From NCBI GenBank assembly GCA_010015585.1, contig ML975161.1: DNA of 64,000 bases. One strand, 5' to 3'. Made by a program: the position numbers and the translations under genes. The notes beneath the pieces were generated by a model. The model did no database searches and had not been told where the DNA came from. It was given only the letters and a program-made list of their open reading frames with translations. Origin of the DNA: Eremomyces bilateralis CBS 781.70 (Eukaryota). Numbering within the stretch: position 1 is the first letter of the stretch; every line of letters starts with the position of its first letter. Below are positions 11,754-23,731 of the stretch, piece by piece.

Positions 11754-12958
11754 ATGTCCTCCAAACGTTCCGGTAGCACGGTTGGATCCCGGAACTTTGA
11801 CCCTGACGCGTTTTTCGACAGGTGGACGTCGAGCGCGCTTCCCGTCGGGAACGATCTTCGGTCCGCCATCATCAAAGCGTTCGGGCTTCCTGCGGACGAT
11901 AGCTATGTGTACCACGCGGTCGCGAGCGTCACGCTTGCTCAGGTGCAAAGTGCCATTAATGCGGGGCGTCAGCACGGGTTGCACGCGTGGTATATAGAGA
12001 AATCAGGAGACACCACCGAGGTATGCAGCGTAGCCCGATCGCTCTCGACCACCTCTAATCGCTCCAGGAACAATTCCCCGACCCAAAGGACATCGAGGCC
12101 TACATCGCCATCTTCTCCCCCGTTACTAGCACCACCAAAGCCCTCGCCGCCTTCGCCTCCAACGCCAAAAAAGGCACCCCCCGCGCCCATTCCGCCCCCC
12201 ACCTCCACGCCCACCTCCTCCTCCCACCCGACACCAACCTCCGCCTCCCCGCGAAGGCGAAACCCGCATCCCTCTACAACCCCGAGTACCGCAACCCCTA
12301 CCTCGACCTCTGGTCCTGGTCCGCCCGCACCCTTGACTGGTCCGGCCCCACCCCCGCCACCGCCCACGTGAAACAAAGCCACCACGTTCTCCCCGTCCTC
12401 TACCACCACTTCGGCTGCGTCTGCCCCTCGCACGACGCGCTCAGCCTGATCGCGCAGCTGTGCGGTTCGGCGGCGGGGCAACGGAAGGGGGCGACGCGGC
12501 CCGTGGTGGAGATCGGGTCAGGGAATGGGTATTGGGCGTTCGTGTTGCGGAGAAGGGGGGTGAGGGTGTGGGCGGTGGATAATGCGGTGTCGGCATGGCG
12601 GACGATGTGGATCGGGGATACGATCCGGGCGGATGGGCCAGGGTTCTTGCGGCGGCCGCCGGGGGAGGTTGCAGGTGAGGTGGGGGGTGCCGGGGCGCCC
12701 GGGGCGGTGCTGTTGATGGTGTATCCGCAGGTGTCCGGGGATTTTACGGCGCGGGTGGTCGAGGCGTATACAGGGGATACGATAGTGGTGGCCGGGACGC
12801 AGAATGAGAATAGGTTCACGGGGTTTGCGGGGGAGACGGTGGAGGAGTGGATGGCGAGAGAGAGGAAGAGATTCGAGAAGATCTGTCAGGTTCCGTTGCC
12901 GTCGTTTGCGGGGAAGGATGATGCGTTGTTTATCTTTAAGCGGATTGCGGGGGGATAG
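11754..12958 (+). CDS. conserved fungal hypothetical protein with a class I SAM-methyltransferase-like motif
   Basis: Intron 12021-12067 joins the ORF at 11754 to the frame of the 12368-12958 ORF. Motif VVEIGSGNGYWAFVL followed by AVDN. Confidence 0.7.
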
Positions 12959-13389
12959 TGTGTACGGGGGAGCGTGCGAGAGCGGAGAGCTTGCATGATT
13001 TCAGTGTAGGTGCAACTCCTTGTCAATTGCGGGAACGTTGCTAGGTACCAGTAGAAACGTATTTTTCTTGTCCTGCTCTAGATTCATGGTCGATCTGTTT
13101 TGTATAGGATGCGTCGCTGTTGATGTGCGTTGAAGAATCACCACAAGGAGCGATTCTCTTCGACTGTTGTACTCATGACCACAGACTCACGAGTAGAAAG
13201 TCTCGATAGGATGTTCGGTCGTGCATTTCTAACCAGATAGAGACGGAGGCCATCCGTCCATGTTCCTCGACACGGTATGTCTATCGGCCATCTCTAAGGA
13301 ATACACGGAAAATATAGTCTCTTGAATTCTGAATGCGGGTGGTACGGAAGAGAGTAGAAACCTCGCCGACCACTTGACCAGTGAGATCG

Positions 13390-14127
13390 TTAAGCATGCG
13401 CGACATGTCTCACGGTCACCTTGGACCCTCTACCGGAGCTCGCAGACGTGGTGCTGGAACCACTCATGCTCTTTCGGCGACCGTCGTCCTTCCCCTGCGC
13501 CGTCGAATGGACAGCTGCACCCGCCCGCTCATACGGTAGATACCCAAAATACCCCTCCGGCGACGCCGGATCAGTGACGCTCGGTGTCCGCGCCCGACTC
13601 TGCACCGGGCTCATCCTCATCGCTCCCGGGCTCCACGATAACCGCTGGCTCCCAGTCGTCAACGACCGCTGATGCCGCCGCGGCCGGTCGCCCGCGCTCG
13701 CGGGCAGCTCGAGCCGCGCGTTCATCCCCACCCACAGCGCCTCGTCCTCCCCGTCGCCGGACACCCGCCAGCCGCCCACGCCTTCGAAATCGCGGTTCGG
13801 GGCGCCGGCGAGGAGGGAGGCGGCGCTGTCGCTTTTACGAGGGGGGTGGCGGGGCGGGGGCAGGTCGTGGGGGGGTGCAGTGGTGGTGACGCTGGTGCGG
13901 CGGGGTTTACGGGGGGTTCGTTGACCAGGGAAGGGGACGGGATTCGTCGAGCGGTTAGCGAAGAGCCAGGAATGGGCGAGGGCGAGGGCGAGCTCGAGAT
14001 ATATGAAGGACACGCGGATGAACAGCAGCGAGAACGCGAGGGCGGTCGTCAGTAGGGCGAACACCGCGAGAGGGATCGAGATGAGGAGAAGGATCGGCGG
14101 ACCGAGGAGCTGCGTAATGCCCGTCAT
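13390..14127 (-). CDS. conserved hypothetical protein with an N-terminal hydrophobic hairpin
   Basis: 245-aa ORF with two hydrophobic segments, then a S/R/P-rich region with RDFEGVGGWR..EALWVGMNARLELP. Confidence 0.7.
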   Translation of the reverse strand: MTGITQLLGPPILLLISIPLAVFALLTTALAFSLLFIRVSFIYLELALALAHSWLFANRSTNPVPFPGQRTPRKPRRTSVTTTAPPHDLPPPRHPPRKSDSAASLLAGAPNRDFEGVGGWRVSGDGEDEALWVGMNARLELPASAGDRPRRHQRSLTTGSQRLSWSPGAMRMSPVQSRARTPSVTDPASPEGYFGYLPYERAGAAVHSTAQGKDDGRRKSMSGSSTTSASSGRGSKVTVRHVAHA

Positions 14128-14984
14128 GGTGGATGTGAGAATCCCGGGATGGTTTCATTCATTCTAGCGAGGAAGGTTCATGAAGAGAAACGCTGCAATG
14201 CGTTGTTCATCAGCTGTGGACATCTCACTGCGAGGGGAGTACAAGGTGCAGTCACCGAGAGTGGAGGGACGCTGGGTGTGTTGCTCAGCGAGAAAGTTTG
14301 TTGAGCTTCTTTGTATACGGCAGCTGCTTTGTGTGGCAAATACTTAAGTTAGTCCGTGAAGTACCTCAATACTAGAAACGCCTCATGGGTCTGCTGATCG
14401 CCGATGGCCATGGTTCCTCGGTCGGCAGGCGAACTGCTGGTCATTTCGCAGTCCGTCCTGTCGGAGTTCTTCCACTTGCGCCTGGTGGTAGGCGTTGTGA
14501 TCCCTATCCATTTGGGTACAGCACTTTGCATTCTCATGTCTTTGTACCAATCCGACGTCAGTACCTCTGCCATGACAATCACATGGAAAACCACTAGGAA
14601 ACACAGAAGCGCTAGGCATCGGTGATCGGAATGATTGGAACTCGCATAGTGGAGTCTTAGAATTCGGTGCTAACTGCTCTCAGCTCTGGTACAAGCAGCA
14701 CCCGCTGGCTGGGAGAGACGTGGCTGGTGGGACCGATGGTGGGCGCCAAAACGGGGATCAGCAACTGTGGCTTGAACGTAGGTGTTCGCAATTTGGTCCG
14801 GCGGTTACTCTAATATGACCTCAGCTCAGTCGTAGAAGTGATCAAGTAGTGTAGAAATCATTTCCCCAGTCGTAACTATGCATCTCAGTAGTTCTTCAAT
14901 GTACTTCGCATCCGTGCCATCGCATTTGACTGGTTCTTGAGCGCCTCTTCTGCAATCCTTTCCGTCAACGCATCATAGCGCATC

Positions 14985-16172
14985 ATGTCTGAATTCCCGT
15001 GGCATCTCGGGGTGTATGACGCCCATTGTCATCCAACCGACACCATGTCTTCCATCCCCGACATTCCCAATATGAAGGCGAAGGCGTTGACCATCATGGC
15101 AACGCGCGGGGACGATCAGCGCCTTGTGTCCGAGGTGACCGAGAAGTTTGGGGGAGAAGGACGCGTCGACGATGGTAATTTGCGCTCGAATTGTCGCGTC
15201 GTGCCTTCGTACGGCTGGCATCCATGGTTCTCCCATCAGATATATGATGACGCGGAATATGAAGGCTCCACGTGTTTGAACACCCAGCAAAAGGTCCAAC
15301 ACTATCAATCGGTGCTGAATCCCAAGCCGGAAGATGAGGCGTTCGTTACCGCGCTGCCAGATCCGGAGCCCCTGTCGCAATTGCTTGATAGGACTCGGGC
15401 ATATCTGGAGAGGGATCCTTCCGCTCTGCTCGGAGAAGTTGGGCTCGACAAATCATTCCGTCTGCCTGAAGCATGGTTCCCGGATGATCACCAACGGGAT
15501 GGATCGTTGACACCTGGAGGCAGGGAAGGGAGGAAATTGTCTCTTTACCGAGTAAGCATGGAGCACCAGCGTAGACTCCTGAAAGCGCAACTTGGACTTG
15601 CCGGTAGACTTGGTCGGGCGGCCTCAGTGCATGGGGTTCAAGCGCATGGTGTTTTGTATGAAACGTTCAAAGAGACATGGAAAGGTCACGAACGGAAGCA
15701 CATCAGCAAGCGGGAAAAGAAGAGGCAAACACGAGATCAAATCGTCCTTGATACTGTTGGCGACGATGACAGGAATCTATCTGAAGATGCGCGCGGAAGT
15801 CCCTCAGATGTTCCAGCTGGGAAGCCGTTTCCTCCTCGCGTCTGTCTGCATTCCTATTCCGGCAATCCACAGTCCATTTCTCCCTATCTCCATCCGTCCG
15901 TTCCCATTGATTTCTTCTTCTCTTTCTCTGCCGCCATCAACTTTTCTATGCGCGAGTCAAGCAAAACGGAAGACGCCATCCGCGCGGTGCCAGACGGCAG
16001 ACTCCTCGTGGAGAGCGACCTCCACACCGCCGGCAACCGCATGGACGATCACCTCGAGCAGATCGTGAGGATCGTGTGCAAGTGCAAGGGCTGGGAGCTG
16101 GAGCAAGGGATCGAACGGCTTGGGCGAAACTGGCAGCAATTCGTGTTTGGCTCGGATGAGAGCGAACCATGA
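14985..16172 (+). CDS. scn1: TatD-related metallo-hydrolase (Cut9-interacting protein Scn1-like)
   Basis: Motifs DAHCH, GWHPWF, GEVGLDK, SVHGVQAHG, CLHSYSG and VESD. Intronless, 395 aa. Confidence 0.85.
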   Translation: MSEFPWHLGVYDAHCHPTDTMSSIPDIPNMKAKALTIMATRGDDQRLVSEVTEKFGGEGRVDDGNLRSNCRVVPSYGWHPWFSHQIYDDAEYEGSTCLNTQQKVQHYQSVLNPKPEDEAFVTALPDPEPLSQLLDRTRAYLERDPSALLGEVGLDKSFRLPEAWFPDDHQRDGSLTPGGREGRKLSLYRVSMEHQRRLLKAQLGLAGRLGRAASVHGVQAHGVLYETFKETWKGHERKHISKREKKRQTRDQIVLDTVGDDDRNLSEDARGSPSDVPAGKPFPPRVCLHSYSGNPQSISPYLHPSVPIDFFFSFSAAINFSMRESSKTEDAIRAVPDGRLLVESDLHTAGNRMDDHLEQIVRIVCKCKGWELEQGIERLGRNWQQFVFGSDESEP

Positions 16173-16397
16173 TAGGCTGCTCTCTACCACGAATGCATTT
16201 GAAAACACCATCTCGTCCTTGGTATCTTCCTGTCGTGTGATTCATTCGAACCAGGACAACCATTGTTTATCCTTCGAGCTCTACCGATCTATGTCTCGTC
16301 AGGTCTTTGGTGTGGTTGAGTTATGGTTTGTTGTGGTTCAATCGTGGTCAGTTGCGGTATGGTGTGGTCTGGGTGGTTCGTTGCTATGCGTACCATC

Positions 16398-16530
16398 GGT
16401 ACTGCTCGCTGCTAAGCGTGATATGATATACCAACTCCTGCTACTACCGGTACTGCTCTACTGCTAAGCCTGATACAATATATCAACTACTACTACCATT
16501 GGTACTGATCGCTACTAAGCCTATTATGAA
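16398..16530. repeat. imperfect tandem repeat of about 51 bp, 2.5 copies
   Basis: ggtactgctcgctgctaagc at 16398, ggtactgctctactgctaagc at 16449 and ggtactgatcgctactaagc at 16501. Confidence 0.75.
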
Positions 16531-16985
16531 TTCACTCACGTCTCCGACTACTGGTTACTGCTGCACCGCTAACCCACATGTGAATCGACCAGTCTCTTTT
16601 TGTCAGTCGAGTGCCAGACTTTCACTCTCGAGTTGTTGTTGACATGGCGACACTTGTGTTGCGTTTCTGTTTATCCCTCTGGCTCGACCCGAATAATCTG
16701 GCCCATAAATACTTCTCTTCTCCTTTTCCTTCTCCCTTTCTCTTTTTCTTTTTCTTCCCTCTCTCAGCTTTTGTTCAGTGACAGTAAGTTTTTCCTTCAT
16801 CCCTTCCTGCCTTGATCTGCCTTGCCTTTGCCCTTCATGTACTGCAGCTAGATGTCCTTCATTTGGACTGTCCATTCCATGCTCACTGTCCTGATTTCGT
16901 TTCGATTTCAGTTGGCGGTTGCTTAGTTTACCATCACATCCACTATTGACATTGCCTCAAACTGACCGTCTCACAGGCTTTCAAC

Positions 16986-17924
16986 ATGATTGAAAATCTT
17001 TCTCCGGTCTTCAAGACTGCACTTCCCTGCGCCCTGCGCAGCTCGCCTCGGAAGTCCTTGTCACCGCAAGGGGGACGAAATACATTACTTGCGGTCGCCC
17101 TCTCCTCTCCTGCTCGTGTGATGACCGATTACTTCGGCAGATCGATTGCGGACACCGAGTCCCAAGAACGCCGAATCCAGCTCAACGCCTACCTGAAGGA
17201 TCAGCTGTCCCAGCTGAAACGCCCCGATGTTCGAGCGCTGCTCGACTCCCGTCGCGCCGCCGCCCTTCACGGAGCCTCTCCCGTCATCTCCTCCTTCTGC
17301 CATCCGGAACGTCCGCCTGCCAAGGAACTGGTCTCCAATGTCCGGATGTTGATGCCTTCTCCTGGCACCGTCAAGTCGATCTTGAAACCCTCCGGAACGT
17401 TCGCCCGCAAGGCTGCCGCTCGCGTAGCCCGCGTCGCTGACGCTTCCGCCGTGGACGTCATCACCGACATGATGGAGAAGCTCACCATCCAGGACTCCCC
17501 ACTGGTTCCTCGCCGCGCGTCCAGGGTCCGCTGGGCCGACCTGGCCTCCAAGGAGAAAAGGTTAGTTCAACAGCGTTTGATCACTAACTGGCAGACGAAG
17601 GTCGACGTTGTGCCGTGGGAGGTAAGTCAGTTGGGCTTGATTCGGCAGACCAAGATCGAAGAAGAACGGGGAGCTGAAATTGCTGCGGTGAGTTGTGGAT
17701 TTGTCGATGGCAAATGTGTCGCTGGCACTCCGGATGTAGACCTTGTTCGAGAGAACAAGCCTCAGGTCAAGTCTTCCAGGGTTCTGCGTCATGTCTTGCT
17801 CCGGGAAACCTCTGCACGCCGCTGGCATTCTCACCGGCCACCTACCTTCTTCGAGAAGATCCGTCCTTGGTGCATTGGCGCTGCCGCTGTTGTCGCCGTT
17901 GTTTCCGCCTTCACCTTGCTCTAG
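16986..17924 (+). CDS. orphan protein with SILK and RVxW motifs and a C-terminal hydrophobic tail
   Basis: 312-aa ORF. A candidate 5'UTR intron (GTAAGT 16784..CTGAC..CACAG 16976) ends 9 nt before the ATG. Contains KSILK, RVRW and the tail WCIGAAAVVAVVSAFTLL. Confidence 0.6.
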   Translation: MIENLSPVFKTALPCALRSSPRKSLSPQGGRNTLLAVALSSPARVMTDYFGRSIADTESQERRIQLNAYLKDQLSQLKRPDVRALLDSRRAAALHGASPVISSFCHPERPPAKELVSNVRMLMPSPGTVKSILKPSGTFARKAAARVARVADASAVDVITDMMEKLTIQDSPLVPRRASRVRWADLASKEKRLVQQRLITNWQTKVDVVPWEVSQLGLIRQTKIEEERGAEIAAVSCGFVDGKCVAGTPDVDLVRENKPQVKSSRVLRHVLLRETSARRWHSHRPPTFFEKIRPWCIGAAAVVAVVSAFTLL

Positions 17925-19155
17925 TGACATTTGTTTGTCCTCTTTCCCCTTTTTCTGGATGTGCTACCCATCTCTCACCATTCTCGCCTCGTGTTGGTTC
18001 GTCCCCCCTTCACAATTTTCCCCTTTTTTCTCTGCCCGTTTTCTTTTGTGCGCCATTGATGCGCCTGCCCATGAGCCCACTCCTTTGCACCTACACCGTC
18101 CGTCCCCCACAAAGGATAAAAAAAGGATAAAAAAAATCCCCTTCACTTCGGTCATCCACCGCGAGTGGCCGGTCCACCCGGTCTCGTTGTTTTTGGAGTT
18201 TTGGCTTTTTTGGTGTTGTGACGGCTAGGCTGGTTTTCTTGGTTCGTCACACACGATATGTCCTCCATCCCCCCGATGCCCAAGCCCAATTCACCACTCC
18301 GAGTCAAGCATACCAAAACACCGGCGACGGGCTTACTTCATCAGCAATAGGTTCGACTGGATCCGGGGTTCAACAGCCGATGGAACGTCTGGGGCGGCTG
18401 GTGTCGGGACCGATACCCGGTAAGTTTCTTCCCCTTCTTCTTTCACGCTTTCAGTTGCTAACATCTTGCGCCTTCCGTTCGGTGGGGGCATCTATGGCTT
18501 CTCACTAGGGATGGAAGAGGTGTCATGGTGGATGACAGGTGTCTGGACGGGCTTTGGAGCTGGTCGACAAGTTGGAGGTCTCTTCCCCATCCGCATGATC
18601 ACGTCTCCCCTTCGCCATTCAGAGAGCTTTTAGATAGTCTTCACCTGAACAGGCCTAGTCGTCAGGGCTGTTGGCGGCACTTGGACTTGACCTGTGCCTC
18701 TACGTGGCGTCCAAGACGAGTAGTCCTTGTGACGAAACCAAACAGATCATCATGTACACAGCGTGCTTCACCAATGAATTGGCTGTCTTCAAAATGTGTG
18801 CACTCTCTGTGTGACATCTTGATGTGACGATTTGGTGTTCGTACGCTTGACGTTTCAATTGACCTAGTGAATGGGCCGTTCAGATGCGTTCGACTCAGCA
18901 CTAAACGGCATGCAACAACAACAGGAACACCACCAATATGGGATGAATTGAAAATAAACAAATGTTGCCAACCTTGGCTCACTCAATTACTCCTGTATAG
19001 ATCCATAACCCGATCGAACGCGTGTCCCAAGGCCCCTGAAACCGAAACTCCAAGCTATGCACATCATGAAGGTAATCTGAATGCCCAGAAATTAAAAGAT
19101 ACAGCCCAGATTGTAAGTTGTCCACGACACGCCCGCTAAAACTGCAACGTCGACA

Positions 19156-21364
19156 CTAGGATGTCGCCGGGGGACTCGCCAGCCCCGCCTCATACACGGC
19201 CGCGAAGTCCAACTGCGCCAGCTGGGAGTTGATCTGGTCGATTTCCCGGCTCAGGTCCTCCAAGTTCAGCGCGAGCGAACTCACCTCGTCGAACTTCCGT
19301 CGCCGGTTGGCGTCCGCGACCATCTCGGACACGAAGAACTTCTGCTCCTCGAGCACGATCAGCCGTTCGCGCAGCTCCTTCTCTTCCGCTTCCATCTGGC
19401 TCATCGCCGTGCTGCCGGACATCTGGGAGCTGGTCTCGATGTCATTGAACTTGATGGCCGACAGCGCGGATGGAGGACGGCCGCTGTGGCTAGGTTTTTG
19501 ATGCCCTGCGCCGTGGGGAGAGGCGTGTTTGAGGATTTTGGGGAGGGACTTGAGAGGGAGCATGTGGAGGTGGAGGAAGTTGTACGCCTGCTGGTACACG
19601 GCTTTTTGGAGTCGGAGTTGGCCCGGGGAGGTCGAGGGGAGGTCACGAATGCGGCGGGCCGCGGTGTCGTACTGTGAAAATGCGTCCATTAATCGTTTCC
19701 GCACTTTGGTCGCATCGGAGATATGGTCATGTGAGGGAGGGTTCTCCGCATCCCTTTTGTAGCGTTAGATGGTCGTTTCATCGTAGATATTTCGAGGGAC
19801 GTACTGTAAGGCTACGAGCAACCGCTGGAACTTTGGCAGCAAGAGGCGGATGCCCCTTTGAAATTCGATCAAGTTCTCGTAACTTCTCTGATCGGGCGGT
19901 TTGTGGGCGAGTTCCCGTGCGAAATCGACTCGACTGAACAGTGTGTGGGAACAGTCTTTGCACATTCGAACATCAACACCCACTTTCCCCAGACGTTTCT
20001 CTGAAATGGCGTCAGTGACTAGATTCATTAGTGTCGTAACAGATATGAGATGTCGTGCCACTGAAAAGCTTACCGGTAGCAACGCTCAGCCCAATCTCCT
20101 TCGAGCAGCCCGTCCTCAGATCCCCGCATACGACTCGGCCGCAAAGCCGACAGTGGTGGCGTCGAAATGAGTACGTCGAGAAGTCTTGCTGACAAAAGGG
20201 GCACTTCATAACTTCGGCATCGTCCTCCCACGCAATCACGGATTGTTCTAGCGCCCTTTGTTGGGTCTTGGCCCCGGACATCGACCACAACCCGGTAGAC
20301 GTATTGGGGCTTTCCATCGGCGGAGGGTTGGCGAGTAGCTGCGTGAGCTTCGTCAACCGTGCCTCCAGCCTACTAACTTCGAGATACGCCTTGTCAACCG
20401 TTTTCCGCCGAAGGGTCATGAACTCTGAGGTATGGTCTCTTGCGAACCCTTCCCGAATGTCAGAGGATCACCCAGTCTCCATGTGGTATGAACTCACCTG
20501 TGTAGTCATTATAGCCTTCTCTTGACTTATAACACGTTTCACAAACGCGGCACCAGATGCCTCGTACTGGCTCGTGGGTGGCGGATCGCGATAGTTTCAT
20601 CTGATACATAGTATATTCCTCGCAGAACAGCTTGCCGCACTTGCGACAGTTGACACTGCCGTTCACACCCCCGAGGCGCTTATTGCACATCGGATCGGAG
20701 CATGAATCGTAGGACGTTGGTTTTTGCCAATGCGACCGTGTCACAAGTTCGTCGGGGTCAATAGGGTCTGGTTGAGGGGAAGTATGGCCTGAGGTGGGAG
20801 GAAGAGGTTGGGTGAGAGGAGGGGGCGTATTGTTCGACTCGAAGACATCCAGGCCCTTAAGCTTTTGATTGAGAGCGACAAGCGGTTGGAACTTCTTCGC
20901 TTTAACCATCTGTGTCCGGAACCATGTCTTCACCTCATCCGACTCCATCACCTCAAGGTTCGCATGGTTATCATCGAGGTGTCTGTATCCGTTAGGCTGC
21001 CGTCTGGTTGGATTGCGTGGTTAAACCATACCTATTAAGCTGGAGCAGAGTGACCTTTGGATATATCAGTATCAAACATATCCAACCAAGAGGGTGGGAA
21101 TCGTACCATTTCATCGTTACATATCGGACATACCATCCGCGAGCTCGCGGTTGCGGCGGCCGCATTGCTCAACGACACTTTCGAGGAGATATCCTGGGTT
21201 TCTGCGCTCGAGGCCGGGGACTCGGAGGCCTTCGAGATTACGGAGAGAGAGCTGCCGGACGGACTGATATTCCGTTTGATATGTTCGGCGGCAGCGCTGG
21301 CCGGAGTGAGGTTCCTCCCGCTCCCTAGGACTCTGCCTCCGCCTAGGGACCTTCGGGAGGCCAT
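19156..21364 (-). CDS. PEP7: vacuolar segregation protein Pep7/Vac1 (rabenosyn-5 family: C2H2, FYVE domains, Rab-binding C-terminus); multi-exon
   Basis: CPICNDEM C2H2 start, NCRKCGKLFC, WEDD..CPFCQQDFSTYSFRRHHCRLCGRVVCG, and C-terminal LIVLEEQKFFV..RRKFDEVSSL. Confidence 0.9.
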
Positions 21365-21774
21365 GGCGGTTTATTGGTGGTAATGAGCTCGTTCGAAGGG
21401 GAGACCGTTCAGCCGGAGCATGGAAGGTATGGACATGGTGGCTCTGACCTTGGAAATCTGGTTTACGGTGGGTTGGAGTGAAATTCGTAGTATGTGCAAG
21501 TATGAAGACTGCCTGACTTCCACCCAGTCGGTTCGTTCAATTCGAGATGTGGGGTGAGTGCCTGAGGCATTATTAAGGATACTCTAGTGATAGAACTCGG
21601 TGAACGACAAGAACCACAAGTGCATTTCGTTGGTGTTGCTGCTCGGACTTGGACTGATCAACTTGGGACATATAGAGTAATAATTGATACTGAACAGTGA
21701 CATCTCATTCGCGGCCTATGAGTAACACCAGCTACTCACATAGCTCTCAGCCCCACTAGCTAATTGTAAGGAGA

Positions 21775-23219
21775 ATGGAGGACATCGAGTTTGCTGCCCT
21801 CGCGAAGGACGACCCCGACTTCGCCAAAGTGCTAAAGGAGAATAATAAGATCGATTTCTGGGACCCATTGGCGGTACAGTACGTTGTTGTTTGAACTGTG
21901 TCTTTCAAAATATGGTGCTAAACTGCTGCGCTAGGCAGTTGACCAAGAGTGTCCTTAGACGGGACTTTAAGCTGGAAATCAACCTACCCGGGGATCGTCT
22001 GTGCCCTCCAGTTGGTTCTAAGCGATCCAATACTTGAAGACTGAGCTGATAGATTCTCTAGGTCCCTAACCGGTAGGTCTGAACTATTGTATATTGATGA
22101 ATGGACAGGATGCTTACAACATATAGCTTTGCCTATATCAAATGGCTACAGAAACTGATTGACTCGACTGGTGACAGCTATAGGGATGCGTACGAAGAAT
22201 CACGAGAAGTGATTGGAATCGATATGTAAGAAGACACTCTTGCTATTCGGTATCATGAGCTCATGAAGTATAGCGGAGTTGGAGCCAGTTGCATCTATCC
22301 ACTACTCGGATGTGCATCGAGACCGAACTGGCGTTTTGGAGGGACTGAGATCGATGCCCGAAACCTTGAGTTCGCACAGAAAAATGTCCGAACAAATGGA
22401 CTCGAATCACGGATCCGGATTTTGCCCGCAAAAGAAGGCCAGCCCCTGATCTCGCTGGCGCAACTCGGGACCGACCATGCGGACTTTGTCATGTGCAACC
22501 CTCCATTCTTCACCTCCCTGGAGGATATGGACGCGACATATGAGACGAAAACTAAGCCACCCTCCGCTGTATGCACTGGAGCCGCGGTCGAGATGATCAC
22601 CGACGGCGGAGACCTCGGCTTTGCGCTTCAGATATTCGCCCTCAGCCAGTCACTCAAAACGAAGATTCAGTGGTATTCGTGTCTGCTAGGCAAGCTCCAG
22701 AGCGCCAAAGATCTCGTCGCTCGTCTCAAGGAGTCGGAGATTACTAATTTCGCCGCACACTGCCTTCAGACCGGCGGTCGCACCAAGCGGTGGCTGGTTG
22801 CATGGTCCTATGACGACCTACGCCCTGAGGATAGCATTGCACGAGGCGATGGTTTGAGCAAAGAGCTACTTCCGCCATCCACGTCGGCCCAGATCCTCGT
22901 CAGGGACATGCCAGCTTCGAATTTGGGAGACGCCGTAAACCAGATTTTCGCCGACCTCCCGCTTCGCTGGATATGGAAAGCATCCAACCTCAAAGGTCTT
23001 GCTCTCGCTACAGAAAACGTCTGGTCACGATCTTACCGCCGGAAAATGAAGTTTCAGGGAGACTCGACGTCGAAGTCTGATGAGGACCGCCCGGTTGCGC
23101 TCGCTGTGCTAGTCCTGGTTCATTCCAACCAGGTCACCGTTCGGTGGATGAGAGGCGAAGACCATGTGCTCTACGAAAGCTTCTGCGGCATGCTGAGGCG
23201 CAGCCTTTTGGCAAAGTAA
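21775..23219 (+). CDS. METTL16/RlmF-family (DUF890) adenine-N6 methyltransferase, likely the U6 snRNA m6A methyltransferase; several short 5' exons
   Basis: IDFWDPLAVQ, DRLCPP|VPNR, GID(I)GVGASCIYPLLG, catalytic MCNPPFF and WYSCLLGK. The start is approximate. Confidence 0.85.
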
Positions 23220-23731
23220 AACACGCGATAAAATGCCCAATGCCCTCGATTCTCACGGTCGGATGTTCGACGCCAGCGACGCAGGGAACCCTTTCCTTTG
23301 GTGTTCAGCCACGCATCTCTTCTCAGAGTACGCCATGATGTCGCACACCTTGACTGGGGATCCGTCGTGTAAATCAAATGGTAAGAATTCGCCATTGCAT
23401 CTGGTACCTGTGCTAACAATGTGTTCAAGGGAGCTGGGATTCATAGCCCACTGAATCACACATCTTACGTTGCTTCCCTAGCTGCATACTCCATTCGATC
23501 CTATCGCTGTGGACTCTGCTATGGAATATTCCGTCCATTAGAGCAAAGCTGATGGATGTCGCATGAACTTCAGCCTTGGAAGCTTACATCTACAATGACG
23601 TATACGAAATGATGAATCTCGTCTTGATTTCAGGCGAGCTTAATTTACCTGAGCGGCAGTCTGCCAGCGAAGTTGAAACCGACCATACTCCATCACACCA
23701 CATCTCCAAAGCACCCAAAAATGGTAGATTC

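Noticed and set aside
16398..16530. CRISPR-like reading of the short repeat
   Set aside because: The DNA is eukaryotic, the units are tandem with similar rather than unique spacers, and there are no cas genes.
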